Source of the DNA: an uncultured Calditrichaceae bacterium
GTDB lineage: Bacteria > Calditrichota > Calditrichia > RBG-13-44-9
DNA: 64,000 nucleotides
Assembly: GCA_964452045.1 (NCBI GenBank)
Contig: CAYVKM010000005.1
Span: 2,945 to 66,944 of the forward strand
Direction: 5' to 3'
A program made the position numbers and the translations under genes. Shown here one piece after another: positions 28,837 through 38,644 of this stretch. The notes under the pieces were generated by a model, which made no database searches, was not told the DNA's origin, and saw nothing but the letters and a program-made list of their open reading frames with translations. Every line of letters starts with the position of its first letter. Position 1 is the stretch's first letter.

Positions 28837-30579
28837 ATGAGAACACTCCGGTTAGCCCTGGCACAAATAAATCATGTGGTAGGGGACCTGGAAGGTAATT
28901 ATCAGAAGATGGTTCGCTATATCGGTGAAGCCAGAAAACTTGGGGCAGACCTGATTGCTTTTCCGGAACTGGTAATCACCGGTTATCCTCCGGAAGACCT
29001 GCTTCTGAAGCCGGAGTTCATCCAGGACAATCTCTCCTATTTGCACAAATTGCTGGATTACACCGAAGATATCACCGTCATTGTTGGTTTTGTGGATCGG
29101 GCAGATGATATTTATAATGCGGCAGCGATATTGCACCGACAGAAAGTAGCTGGCATATATCATAAAACTTTTCTACCCAATTATGGGGTATTTGATGAGG
29201 ATCGTTATTTCCAATCCGGCCAGGAAGTACAAGTATTCAGCCTGAATGATGTGCGGATTGGCGTCAACATCTGTGAGGATATCTGGTATCCTGGTGGGCC
29301 CACCCGGGATCAGGCACTGTATGGCGCAGCTGAGGTGATCATTAATATATCTTCCTCACCCTATCACTATGGCAAGGCGATTTCCCGTTACCGGATGCTA
29401 TCCACCCGGGCAGAGGATAATACCGCAATTGTGGCATATGTGAATACAGTGGGCGGACAAGATGAGCTGGTGTTTGATGGCAATAGCATGGTGCTCTCCG
29501 AGGACGGTGTTCTGCTCAGTAAAGCCCCTTCTTTTGAAGAGTCTATGTTGACCATTAATTTACATCCGGATAACGTGTTTAGTAAAAGAATCCACGACCC
29601 ACGCCGCCGCAAGGAAAAATTGTTCATGCCTCCGGAAAAAAAGGTGTTAAGAGTTGACCTTGAACCGACTATAAAATCCAGAACAAAAAAATTTAAAGAT
29701 AGCGAGATAACTGAATTTCTGGATATGGATGCGGAAGTCTACAAAGCTCTGGAAACGGGTTTGAGGGATTATGTCCGTAAAAACCGATTCGAAAAAGTTG
29801 TTATTGGGGTTTCCGGAGGTATAGATTCCGCTCTGGTTGTTGCCATAGCAGCGGATGCCCTGGGAAAGGAAAATGTTATTGGGGTATCCATGCCCAGTGA
29901 GTTTACCAGTCCGGAAAGTAAAAGCGATGCGAAAATAGTTGCGAAAAATTTTGGCATTACTTTTTACGAACTCCCTATCGGAAATCTGTTCGAGGATTTT
30001 ATAAAAGAGCTAAAACCGATTTTTAAAAAAATGAAAGAAAATACCACCGAGGAAAATATCCAGGCCCGGATCCGGGGCAACTTATTGATGTCCATTTCCA
30101 ATAAATTTAATTCTCTGGTAGTGGCCACCGGTAACAAAAGTGAAATCAGCGTGGGATATTGCACCCTGTATGGGGATATGGTGGGCGGTTTTTCGGTGAT
30201 AAAGGATGTGCCCAAAACCATGGTCTATCGTTTGGCTCAATATCGTAATAAGATAGCTGGTAAAGATATTATACCGGAATCGGTCATTTCCAAGGCTCCC
30301 TCGGCAGAATTAAAAGCGGATCAGAAAGATATTGATTCACTTCCGCCATACGAAGTGCTGGACCCCATTTTGAAGGCATATGTTGAAGAGGATTTTTCCC
30401 TGGAAGAGATTGTCAGCATGGGTTTCGAGCACAAAACCGTAGCAAAGGTTATAAGATTGGTGGATGGCAATGAGTATAAAAGGAGGCAAGCCGCCCCGGG
30501 AATTAAAATTACTCATCGGGCTTTTGGAAAAGATCGGCGTTTTCCAATAACTAATCATTTTAATACGAATCATAAGTAA
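28837..30579 (+). CDS. nadE: Glutamine-dependent NAD+ synthetase
   Basis: N-terminal nitrilase/CN-hydrolase domain (FPEL..GYPPEDL, NICEDIW). C-terminal NAD synthetase domain with SGGIDSA. ATG 28837 is preferred because AAGGAG lies 9 nt upstream; the ORF track start is 28819. Confidence 0.9.
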   Translation: MRTLRLALAQINHVVGDLEGNYQKMVRYIGEARKLGADLIAFPELVITGYPPEDLLLKPEFIQDNLSYLHKLLDYTEDITVIVGFVDRADDIYNAAAILHRQKVAGIYHKTFLPNYGVFDEDRYFQSGQEVQVFSLNDVRIGVNICEDIWYPGGPTRDQALYGAAEVIINISSSPYHYGKAISRYRMLSTRAEDNTAIVAYVNTVGGQDELVFDGNSMVLSEDGVLLSKAPSFEESMLTINLHPDNVFSKRIHDPRRRKEKLFMPPEKKVLRVDLEPTIKSRTKKFKDSEITEFLDMDAEVYKALETGLRDYVRKNRFEKVVIGVSGGIDSALVVAIAADALGKENVIGVSMPSEFTSPESKSDAKIVAKNFGITFYELPIGNLFEDFIKELKPIFKKMKENTTEENIQARIRGNLLMSISNKFNSLVVATGNKSEISVGYCTLYGDMVGGFSVIKDVPKTMVYRLAQYRNKIAGKDIIPESVISKAPSAELKADQKDIDSLPPYEVLDPILKAYVEEDFSLEEIVSMGFEHKTVAKVIRLVDGNEYKRRQAAPGIKITHRAFGKDRRFPITNHFNTNHK

Positions 30580-30674
30580 ATTTTTGTTCCTACACCCTCT
30601 TAAATTAGTTTGTTATTCCTTTAAGATTTTGTTAACTTACTGGACAAAATTTATCCAAAAAAGGAGAAGTATCC

Positions 30675-32114
30675 ATGAAGAAATATTGCTGCTATTTGTT
30701 GATTTTGATTCTGGTGGCTCTGGTGTTTTCAGTCCATCCGGTTCAGGCACAACAGACCATTGAAAACCGGATTAATGCCATAGAAAATGAAATGAGCCAG
30801 TTGCGCAAGGATTACTACGATTTGCTTTCTCCGACAAATTTCAAGGATGCTGAAGAAGAACTGGCCAAAGCAAAAAAAGACTTCAAGGAAGGAAAAGATA
30901 TTCGCAGTATCCAGGATAAGTTAGAAAAGGCCGGGAGGTATTTAAAACTGGTAAATGATGTTGGGAAACAAGGTGAGGTATTATTCAAAGATGTTCTGGA
31001 AGCGCGCAATAATGCATTGGTCGCCCAGGCACCGGATTTTGCCTCCCAGCAGTTTAATGATGCGGAGAATAAATTTCTGGAAGCAAGCAACCGGCTGGAA
31101 AAAGGTGATCTAAATGGTGCCCGGAGCCGGATTCAGAAAGTTATGGAGGCTTATGGACAAGCGGAGTTTGTAGCCATTAAAGAAAATATTGTAGGAAATC
31201 TCCGGGATTTATTGACCAAAGCAAAAGAACAAGAAGTTCAGAAGAATGCACCTTTGACAATGAAGAAAGCCCAATCTCTTTATGATGAAGTCTTGGTGAT
31301 TCTGAATGGTAACCGGTATGCCAAAACCAACGCCCGGGAAATTGCCACCCAGGCCGCCTATGAAGTCAAGCATGCCATGTATTTGAATGATGTTATTGAG
31401 AAGTTAAAAAAAGATGATAAAAACTGGGAAAAGCTCATGCGTGATTTTGAAACACGTTTGGATAACATTGCTACTGAGCTTGGATTTAAAGGAGAGTATG
31501 ACAAGGGTTTTGCCAAAACAGAAAATGATATCATCCTGGCCATTCAAAACCTGAAGGAAGAAAATAAAACCCTGAAGGAAGACCTCAATACCGTTCAGGC
31601 CGAGGACGAAGAACTCCGACAGAAGATCCAGCAATATGAAAATACCGTGGTTTCTGAGTTGGAGAAAAAGAAAGAGAGAGAAGAAAAGTTAAAAAAGATA
31701 GAAAAGATATTTACCAGGGATGAGGCCCAGGTGCTACTTTCAGAGAATCAACTTATCATTCGTCTCTATGGGTTAACCTTCGAATCCGGTTCAACCGTGA
31801 TCACACCCGAGCATTTTATGCTGCTAACTAAAGTGATGCGGGCACTGCGGGAGTTCCCGAACCATAAATATCTGATCGCCGGACATACCGATTCCCAAGG
31901 GAATGATGCCTATAATCTGAATTTGTCCGAGAACCGGGCGCTGGCGGTAAAGTCATATCTGGAAGCCAATATGGGTTTGCCCGAAGATCAATTCGAGAGC
32001 ATTGGTTATGGTGAGAGCCGACCGATTGCCAGTAATGATAGTCCCGATGGTAGACGGCAAAACCGTCGTATAGAAATTGTTATTAATCTGGATTCAGGTA
32101 CATCTGGTGATTAG
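30675..32114 (+). CDS. OmpA family protein with long coiled-coil N-terminal region
   Basis: Signal peptide and an extended heptad-rich region. C-terminal OmpA-like domain: GHTDSQGNDAYNLNLSENRALAV, NRRIEIVI. Confidence 0.85.
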   Translation: MKKYCCYLLILILVALVFSVHPVQAQQTIENRINAIENEMSQLRKDYYDLLSPTNFKDAEEELAKAKKDFKEGKDIRSIQDKLEKAGRYLKLVNDVGKQGEVLFKDVLEARNNALVAQAPDFASQQFNDAENKFLEASNRLEKGDLNGARSRIQKVMEAYGQAEFVAIKENIVGNLRDLLTKAKEQEVQKNAPLTMKKAQSLYDEVLVILNGNRYAKTNAREIATQAAYEVKHAMYLNDVIEKLKKDDKNWEKLMRDFETRLDNIATELGFKGEYDKGFAKTENDIILAIQNLKEENKTLKEDLNTVQAEDEELRQKIQQYENTVVSELEKKKEREEKLKKIEKIFTRDEAQVLLSENQLIIRLYGLTFESGSTVITPEHFMLLTKVMRALREFPNHKYLIAGHTDSQGNDAYNLNLSENRALAVKSYLEANMGLPEDQFESIGYGESRPIASNDSPDGRRQNRRIEIVINLDSGTSGD

Positions 32115-32147
32115 TAAATCGTAGTGAATAAAATTACGTAAAAGTCC

Positions 32148-32184
32148 TGCCCGTTGAGATATAATTTTCAGCGGGCATTTCTTT
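32148..32184 (+). terminator. Putative intrinsic terminator after the OmpA-family gene
   Basis: 10-bp stem TGCCCGTTGA / TCAGCGGGCA (one G-U pair) with a 10-nt loop, followed by TTTCTTT. Confidence 0.5.
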
Positions 32185-32257
32185 AATATGAAACCTAATT
32201 ATAATGATGTAATAACTTGATGGATAGACCATTATTGATAAGTAAAACTGTATTCTG

Positions 32258-32962
32258 ATGCTTCATACTCTCCATTATTCCATATTTGATAATTATCCGG
32301 AAATTGATTGCAGGAGTCTCTGGATATCAGATGACAAAATTGACGGATCAATTGCCGAAAATAAAGGTGTCATCAGGTTAAATTTTGATTTAGAAAAATA
32401 CGGTCTCGATGAAGTACCTTTAGTTTTTGCCCGGCAGGTTCATGGTAAAAATGTTAAACTTGCCAGCAGTCCTGGTGTCCTTGAAAACTGCGACGGATTA
32501 ATTTCCACCCAACCCGGCTTGACTCCTGCCATCCGGACTGCGGATTGTGCAGCGGTGATGATTTTTGATCCGGTAAAAAGGATTGTTGCAAATTTCCATG
32601 TCGGTTGGCGAGGTGCCCAACACCAGATTATCAGCTACGGACTTCAATCGTTGATCCGGGAATATAATTGTAAAAGTGCAGACTTCATTGTAGCAATAGG
32701 TCCGTTTATCAAATCCTGTTGTTATGAAGTAGGAAAGGAGTTTAAAAAAATATTTACTGAACAGTATTTACTGGAAAAAGGAGGTAAATTATATTTTGAC
32801 TTAAAAAAATCCATATTGGATGAATTGATGTCGATGCGAATTAACCGGGATAATATTGAGTTAAATGATCAGTGTACTTACTGCGACCGGATGCAATTCC
32901 CTTCCTTTAGAAGGACAGGGACTAAAAATCGGCTTTTGAATATGATTAAAATAAAGGAGTAG
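32258..32962 (+). CDS. pgeF: Peptidoglycan editing factor PgeF (YfiH/laccase-domain family)
   Basis: ARQVHG, DGLIS.....L....ADC..V, H.GWRG and CCYEVG motifs of the YfiH family. Confidence 0.85.
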   Translation: MLHTLHYSIFDNYPEIDCRSLWISDDKIDGSIAENKGVIRLNFDLEKYGLDEVPLVFARQVHGKNVKLASSPGVLENCDGLISTQPGLTPAIRTADCAAVMIFDPVKRIVANFHVGWRGAQHQIISYGLQSLIREYNCKSADFIVAIGPFIKSCCYEVGKEFKKIFTEQYLLEKGGKLYFDLKKSILDELMSMRINRDNIELNDQCTYCDRMQFPSFRRTGTKNRLLNMIKIKE

Positions 32963-32966
32963 AGAC

Positions 32967-33464
32967 ATGTCAAAATTAATGATAGTGATTTTAGGTTTAA
33001 TATTAATTCCTGTTTTCTTGTTTGCTCAGGCCCCGTTGAGCGTTGGTTCAAAGTATATTGATTTCGAAATTAACCGGATGCCTTTTATTTCCGGCGGTTA
33101 TTTTTTACAGGACAATTTTGCCCTGGAAGCCGGAGTGGGTCTTGCCTTCGATGGCGAGATTAACAGCAATGGACTTGGCATTAAACTCGGACTGGATAAA
33201 TACACGGGCAATGACCGGCTGTCACCCTTTGTGGGCGGGTATTCGCGATTCGAGATAAATCCCAACGCTTTGGGCCAAACCTTCTGGAAAGGATCCCGCA
33301 TCGTATTCGGCGGGCACTGGGGTTTGAATCTATTTATTTTGAAAAACCTGTCCCTGGCAGGGAGTGTTGGCGCAGAGTTCCAGATAAATTCGCCCAAAGA
33401 AGAAGATAGTTCATCCTCATTTTCCACCTTTACTTCCGGAGTAAAGGTTCGTTTCTTTTTCTAA
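32967..33464 (+). CDS. Small outer-membrane beta-barrel protein
   Basis: Signal peptide (LFAQA). Alternating hydrophobic beta-strand pattern with Gly/aromatic girdles. C-terminal VKVRFFF ends in Phe, as OMP sorting signals do. Confidence 0.5.
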   Translation: MSKLMIVILGLILIPVFLFAQAPLSVGSKYIDFEINRMPFISGGYFLQDNFALEAGVGLAFDGEINSNGLGIKLGLDKYTGNDRLSPFVGGYSRFEINPNALGQTFWKGSRIVFGGHWGLNLFILKNLSLAGSVGAEFQINSPKEEDSSSSFSTFTSGVKVRFFF

Positions 33465-33508
33465 TTTTCTATTCAAGTAATAATACTGTTTATTATTAAG
33501 GAGACAGC

Positions 33509-34324
33509 GTGGCGTTGCTTAAGGCAATCATATTGGGAATCGTACAGGGATTATCCGAATTTCTACCCATCAGTAGCTCGGGTCATCTGGTTATTGTTGA
33601 GCATATACTAAACTTCAGCGAGGGGGGCCTGGCTTTCGAGGTTTTTGTTCACTTCGGTACCCTGCTGGCTGTGGTCTGGGTCTTCCGAAAAGACCTGTTG
33701 AAAATGATCAAGTCAATTCCTGATATATTCCGGCTTAAAAAACCAGATATGGAGCAGGATAGACGCGACTATGCTCTGATGGATATTTATATCATCATTG
33801 GATCAATTCCCGCGGCAGTAATCGGTTTGCTTTTTGAGAAATATATTGAGAAAATCTTCGAAAGCCATGTCTTAGCCTTAAGTATGCTTTTCCTGACTGG
33901 ATTGATCGTCTGGAGTTCCCGTTACACCAGGGAGAATCGGGAATCCATGAATGGGACTCACGCACTATTAATTGGTTTTGCCCAGGCGTTTGCCATCATC
34001 CCGGGTATCTCACGCTCCGGATCAACCATTGTCACGGGACTCTGGTTGGGAATAAAACGTGATTATGCTGCACGATTTTCATTCATCCTCTCAGTGCCGG
34101 TCATCTTTGGTGCTACTTTATTCAAGCTAAAGGATTTATTAGATACTCCACCGGCCCAAAATGAAATTGTCCATCTGACCATTGCCAGTCTGGCTGCAAT
34201 GATCTCAGGTTATTTTGCCATTATATGGTTACTGGATATTATCCGTAAACAAAAACTGGAATGGTTTGGGATTTATTGTATCATTGTCAGTATTGTGGGA
34301 TTGATTCTTACTATGGTGGTGTAA
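33509..34324 (+). CDS. uppP: Undecaprenyl-diphosphate phosphatase
   Basis: GTG start after GGAG. GIVQGLSEFLPISSSGHL and PGISRSGSTI motifs. Polytopic membrane protein. Confidence 0.92.
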   Translation: MALLKAIILGIVQGLSEFLPISSSGHLVIVEHILNFSEGGLAFEVFVHFGTLLAVVWVFRKDLLKMIKSIPDIFRLKKPDMEQDRRDYALMDIYIIIGSIPAAVIGLLFEKYIEKIFESHVLALSMLFLTGLIVWSSRYTRENRESMNGTHALLIGFAQAFAIIPGISRSGSTIVTGLWLGIKRDYAARFSFILSVPVIFGATLFKLKDLLDTPPAQNEIVHLTIASLAAMISGYFAIIWLLDIIRKQKLEWFGIYCIIVSIVGLILTMVV

Positions 34325-34771
34325 CAGATAATAACTTACAACATCCCAAATTCAAAAATAGCCGGGCACGTTTGGTATTTTGCAGTACCTGTGCTGATGT
34401 TTTATGAATATTCAATCCCTTTGTGATTGATTAATAGGATAAAATTAACTGGTTATAAAACGATTTTAAGGGCAGTGCAGGTGCTCTGAAATCACCTCAG
34501 CAAATCCCGCTTGCTTATAATTCTTACTTTCTTTCCACGCTTTCCTGGAGTGATTCTCCCGTAATAATTATCCTCTTTATAAACCTGTTTCTAAGCTTTC
34601 CAACTTTGCTTCCGAAAATTATTTCACTATGTGTGGTGATGAGGAAAAGTATCTGAAAACCGTTCAGGTGTCGAGTTGTGCGAATTTAGTGACGAAAAAG
34701 TCGTCAAATATGCTACAAAATGGGAATAAGTAAAATTTGTAAGTTTCAGTAAAATAATGAATTAAGAACGT

Positions 34772-34787
34772 TGGCACCAAATTTGAA
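34772..34787 (+). promoter_or_regulatory. Sigma-54-like -24/-12 promoter element upstream of the pilin-like gene
   Basis: TGGCAC-CAAAT-TTGAA versus consensus TGGCAC-N5-TTGCW. The -24 element and the spacing are perfect, but the -12 GC is GA. About 150 nt upstream of ATG 34937. It is the only such match I saw in an intergenic region. Confidence 0.4.
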
Positions 34788-34936
34788 GTTATTGGAATCG
34801 CATGAGCAAATTAAGAAGACAAAGTGGAATCAACAAGGAGGTTAAACATGAAAAAGCCCTTTTTTTAAATAAACACCTTAAGCAACCCAATTTTGAACCA
34901 ATTAACCAAATCAATTAATTTTAAGGAGGATTTACA

Positions 34937-35386
34937 ATGGGTCAGCAGCAATTATTACTCATCGTTTTAGGTATCATCATCGTCGGTATTGCCATAGCAG
35001 TTGGTGTGAATATGTTCCAGAGCAGTGCCGTGGACACCAATCGCCAGTCCATGATCAGTGACCTGGCCAACCTGGCAGCCAAAGCACAACGATTCTATCG
35101 GACACCCACCGAGCTGGGTGGCGGTGCTCAGAATTTCCAGAATTTCGCCCTTGGCCGTCTGGATACAGCCAATGCCAATGGCAGCTATCGTTTGTCAACT
35201 TCAGCTGATTTGTCTGCAAATGCAGTTCCTGCCCCAACAACAGCTAATACCTCGATTGCTACTTCAGTGACCGATACGATCTACATTTTGGGCTGGGGTA
35301 AGGAAATGGGCGACATTGGTACTGTCCCGGTCAAAGCACAATGTTCGGTTTCTCCGACCGGAATTCATACTACAATTGTAAACTAA
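34937..35386 (+). CDS. Pilin-like major subunit candidate (non-canonical N-terminus)
   Basis: Strong RBS AAGGAGG 7 nt upstream. 149 aa starting MGQQQLLLIVLGIIIVGIAIAVGVNMFQ, followed by an amphipathic helix (SMISDLANLAAKAQRFY). First gene of the T4P-like locus and followed by its own hairpin terminator, as highly expressed pilin genes often are. No GFTLIE motif. Confidence 0.55.
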   Translation: MGQQQLLLIVLGIIIVGIAIAVGVNMFQSSAVDTNRQSMISDLANLAAKAQRFYRTPTELGGGAQNFQNFALGRLDTANANGSYRLSTSADLSANAVPAPTTANTSIATSVTDTIYILGWGKEMGDIGTVPVKAQCSVSPTGIHTTIVN

Positions 35387-35403
35387 GAAAGCTCTAAAAA
35401 AGG

Positions 35404-35431
35404 GGGCGGGTTTCGAACCCGCCCTGTTTTT
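35404..35431 (+). terminator. Intrinsic terminator/attenuator directly after the pilin-like gene
   Basis: Perfect 9-bp stem GGGCGGGTT / AACCCGCCC with a 3-nt loop, followed by TGTTTTTA. Confidence 0.75.
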
Positions 35432-35452
35432 ATCAGGAAGAGGATGATATAA

Positions 35453-36793
35453 ATGGCAGACTTCAGATTTACCGGGATCTCAAATTCAGGAAAATCAGTG
35501 CAGGGAGTGATAACCGCCGATACTATGTCGGAAGCCAAGAAAAAAATCAAAAAAATGGCTGCCCAGCACAAAGTGAAAATTAACCGCATTCAGAAGCGGA
35601 AGATTTATATGTATAAGATCCAGAAAAACGGTGAAAAGCCCACAGCTGGTGAACAAAAGGCTTTTACCAAAGAAGAGGTCCGTCAGGCGCTGAATAAATT
35701 GGGTTATAATATTGTCAAAATACAACCCAAGATAAATTTTTTAAATATGAGGCCACCGGCAGCCGATATTGTCACCTTTGTTAGGTTAAGCGCCGATTTG
35801 TTAAGGGAAAAACTGCCATTCAATGAAGTTTTACAGTTGCTGGGGAACGATTTAAGCAACCCGACGCTGAGAGATTCGATAAAAGAAATTAACAACGACC
35901 TCCGCCAGGGGAAAGACAGCGAAGAAGCCTTTATGAAGCAGGAGAGAGTGTTTGGGAAATTTACCGCCCGGATGCTGGGGCTGGCCTCCAAGAGTGGTAA
36001 TATGGCGGATATCTATGAGAGTACTGCCAAGTTTCTGGAACGGAATGCGGAATTCAAAAAAAATCTGCGTCAGGCGCTGATCATGCCTTTATTCACCTTA
36101 GTAATTTTATTTGGTGCCTGTATCTTCTATGTGGCCTATATCTTTCCGGAAACAGCAAAATTGTTCCTGAAACTCGGTAGTGAACTCCCCCCCATGACTA
36201 TGGCCACTCTATCTCTGAGTGATTTTCTTATCGCAAATATGTCTTACTTCTTAATGGCAATGGCCTTATCAATTGGTGCACTGGCGTATGCCCTGAGAAC
36301 GGCCAAGGGAAAATTTGTTAAAGATCAGTATATTCTGAAACTGCCCATTATCGGACCAATTGTGCATAAAACGACCATTGAGATTTTTTGTCGGGTGTTC
36401 TACTCACTTTACAGTGGTTCAGGTGAAAACGTGGATGCCATAAAGTTGGCGGCAGAGGCATGCGGTAACCGCTATTTTGAAGACCGGATTAAAAATGTTT
36501 CAATTCCCCTGATGTTGAGAGAAGGACGGGGACTGGTGGATTCATTTAAGGAAGCAGATGTTTTTACGCCCACAGCGCTTTCCCGCTTTAATTCAGGTGC
36601 TGAAACCGGTACGGTGAAAAGCACAGCCATCCAGATAGCCAATTATTACGAAAAAGAAACCGTCTACAAACTTAAGAATGCAGTGGATCTGGTTCAGATT
36701 GTGGTAGCCATGATCATTATGGTCGTAATGACTGCTTTGACTCTGGTTTCTTCCGAAACAGCGCTGGTATCCCCCAAGTCGCCGATCGGTTAA
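35453..36793 (+). CDS. pilC: Type IV pilus / T2SS platform protein (PilC/GspF family)
   Basis: 446 aa with a duplicated T2SSF-like cytoplasmic domain plus TM pattern. Adjacent to the PilB-like ATPase. Confidence 0.8.
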   Translation: MADFRFTGISNSGKSVQGVITADTMSEAKKKIKKMAAQHKVKINRIQKRKIYMYKIQKNGEKPTAGEQKAFTKEEVRQALNKLGYNIVKIQPKINFLNMRPPAADIVTFVRLSADLLREKLPFNEVLQLLGNDLSNPTLRDSIKEINNDLRQGKDSEEAFMKQERVFGKFTARMLGLASKSGNMADIYESTAKFLERNAEFKKNLRQALIMPLFTLVILFGACIFYVAYIFPETAKLFLKLGSELPPMTMATLSLSDFLIANMSYFLMAMALSIGALAYALRTAKGKFVKDQYILKLPIIGPIVHKTTIEIFCRVFYSLYSGSGENVDAIKLAAEACGNRYFEDRIKNVSIPLMLREGRGLVDSFKEADVFTPTALSRFNSGAETGTVKSTAIQIANYYEKETVYKLKNAVDLVQIVVAMIIMVVMTALTLVSSETALVSPKSPIG

Positions 36794-36838
36794 ATATTTA
36801 AGATAAATATGGTAATTCTAATACAGTCAGGATTTTAG

Positions 36839-38626
36839 ATGAAAACGAATGTCGACATTACTGACAGGTTGGGTGTTACCCTTCTCAAGAAGGGTATTGT
36901 CAATTTTGAAACGCTTGAGAAAGCCATTAAAATAAAAGAAAATGGCGGCAAGGGTGAAGGGCGCACTTTAGCCCAGATCCTGGTGAAGGATTTTAATGTC
37001 GATCATGACAGCATTTTTCAGCAGGTAACCCAACTTTATGGTTTCCGCGAGGTGTTCCTGGAAGAAGAGAACATTAATGATAACCGCGTTGCCTTTATGC
37101 GTAAAATGCTGGATCCTCTTCCGGAACCGCTGCGAAAGTTAATGAAAGAAGAAAAAATCCTGGTTTATAAATATGATGAATACCGTCCTTATGTTTTAAT
37201 TATCCTGGCGGCGGACCCCACCAATAAAAATATTCCCCAGATTGCCAGAGCCATTGGTGCCAAAAGATACGAAGTCTGCTATGTAAAACAGCATAAACTG
37301 GACAACCTTTTGGAAAAAATATATCCGGAAGAGAACATCTATCTCAAAGAGATGGATGATATGGCTCTGGAAATTGAAGAGGTGGATAAGGAGCAGGAAT
37401 CTCTTGATGAGGAGGCCATTGAAGCCGAAATCAACAAAAGCTTGCTGGTTAACCTGGTGGAGGGTATGCTGGTTGAAGCAGTAAGGCGGGGTGCTAGTGA
37501 TATTCATATTATACCAAAAGGACCCAGGATATCAGAAATCCACATGCGGGTGGATGGTACGTTGCGTTTGTGGCATGTTCAGGATGGTGTACGACCGGAG
37601 TCGCTGGCAGCTGTAGTCAAGGACCGGACTAAGAATGTGGATCGTTTTGAACGGGAAAAATCCCAGGACGGCTTTATTCAGAGAAAGGTAAACAGTTATA
37701 ATATTCGTTATCGTGTATCAGTAATCCCGATCGTCGGTAAAGAATTTTCACAAAAACTGGAAAGTATTGTTATCCGTATTCTGGATGACCGTAAAGTAAT
37801 TACTGATTTAGATAAGCTTGGTTTTGGCGGGAATGCCAAGGACTTTTTCATTAAAGCAATCTCAAAACCCCAGGGAATGATTATTGTCACCGGGCCTACC
37901 GGAAGTGGTAAATCGACCACCCTGATTGCAGCACTGGCTTACATTATGCGCCCGGAGATTAATGTTCTTACGGTTGAAGATCCGGTGGAATATATTATTA
38001 ATGGAGCCCGGCAAATCAAGATAAGTCACAAGAACAATTTTGAATCTGCCTTGCGGGCAATTCTGCGTCACGACCCGGATGTAGTCATGGTCGGTGAGAT
38101 TCGTGATAAAGAAACCGCTGAAACCGGTATTAAACTGGCGAATACCGGTCACTTGACCTTTTCTACACTTCACACTAACGACGCACCAAGTGCCGTGTCC
38201 CGTCTGTATAAGATGGGGGTGGAAACATTCCTGATTGCTTATGCCATCAATATTATCATTGCCCAGAGGTTGGTTCGCAGACTATGTGAATACTGCAAGA
38301 AACCCATCCGGAGCCTGGATCCGATAGTCCCCAAAAGTCTGGGTTTTACCGATGAGGAGATTAAAAAGACAGTATTTTATGAAGCGGTTGGATGCAATAA
38401 ATGCCATAATGGATATAAGGGACGGGCGGCCATTCATGAAACTTTGTACTTTTCCAAAGAGATCCGGAAACTGATTTTTGAAACCGGGTCGGATATCAAC
38501 GAAGAAGCCATTAAAGAAGTAATGGCCAGAGAGGGTATGCATACCCTGCGGGCGGCGGGCAGGGAACGTATTAAACAAGGTTTGACTACCCTCACTGAAG
38601 TAGCCGCCATAACTACAGAAGATTAA
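36839..38626 (+). CDS. pilB: Type IV pilus assembly (extension) ATPase, PilB/GspE family
   Basis: Walker A GPTGSGKSTT, Asp box VEDPVEY, Walker B DPDVVMVGEIRD, His box TGHLTFSTLHTND. Tetracysteine motif CEYCKK...CNKCHNGYKGR. N-terminal GSPII_E_N-like domain. Confidence 0.9.
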   Translation: MKTNVDITDRLGVTLLKKGIVNFETLEKAIKIKENGGKGEGRTLAQILVKDFNVDHDSIFQQVTQLYGFREVFLEEENINDNRVAFMRKMLDPLPEPLRKLMKEEKILVYKYDEYRPYVLIILAADPTNKNIPQIARAIGAKRYEVCYVKQHKLDNLLEKIYPEENIYLKEMDDMALEIEEVDKEQESLDEEAIEAEINKSLLVNLVEGMLVEAVRRGASDIHIIPKGPRISEIHMRVDGTLRLWHVQDGVRPESLAAVVKDRTKNVDRFEREKSQDGFIQRKVNSYNIRYRVSVIPIVGKEFSQKLESIVIRILDDRKVITDLDKLGFGGNAKDFFIKAISKPQGMIIVTGPTGSGKSTTLIAALAYIMRPEINVLTVEDPVEYIINGARQIKISHKNNFESALRAILRHDPDVVMVGEIRDKETAETGIKLANTGHLTFSTLHTNDAPSAVSRLYKMGVETFLIAYAINIIIAQRLVRRLCEYCKKPIRSLDPIVPKSLGFTDEEIKKTVFYEAVGCNKCHNGYKGRAAIHETLYFSKEIRKLIFETGSDINEEAIKEVMAREGMHTLRAAGRERIKQGLTTLTEVAAITTED

Positions 38627-38644
38627 TGTATCAGGGAGGATGTA

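Noticed and set aside
35404-35424. GGGTTTCGAACCCGCCC resembles a tRNA T-arm (GGTTCGAA-type) sequence
   Set aside because: There is no acceptor, D or anticodon arm context. It forms a simple perfect hairpin followed by a T-run right after a stop codon, so it is a terminator.
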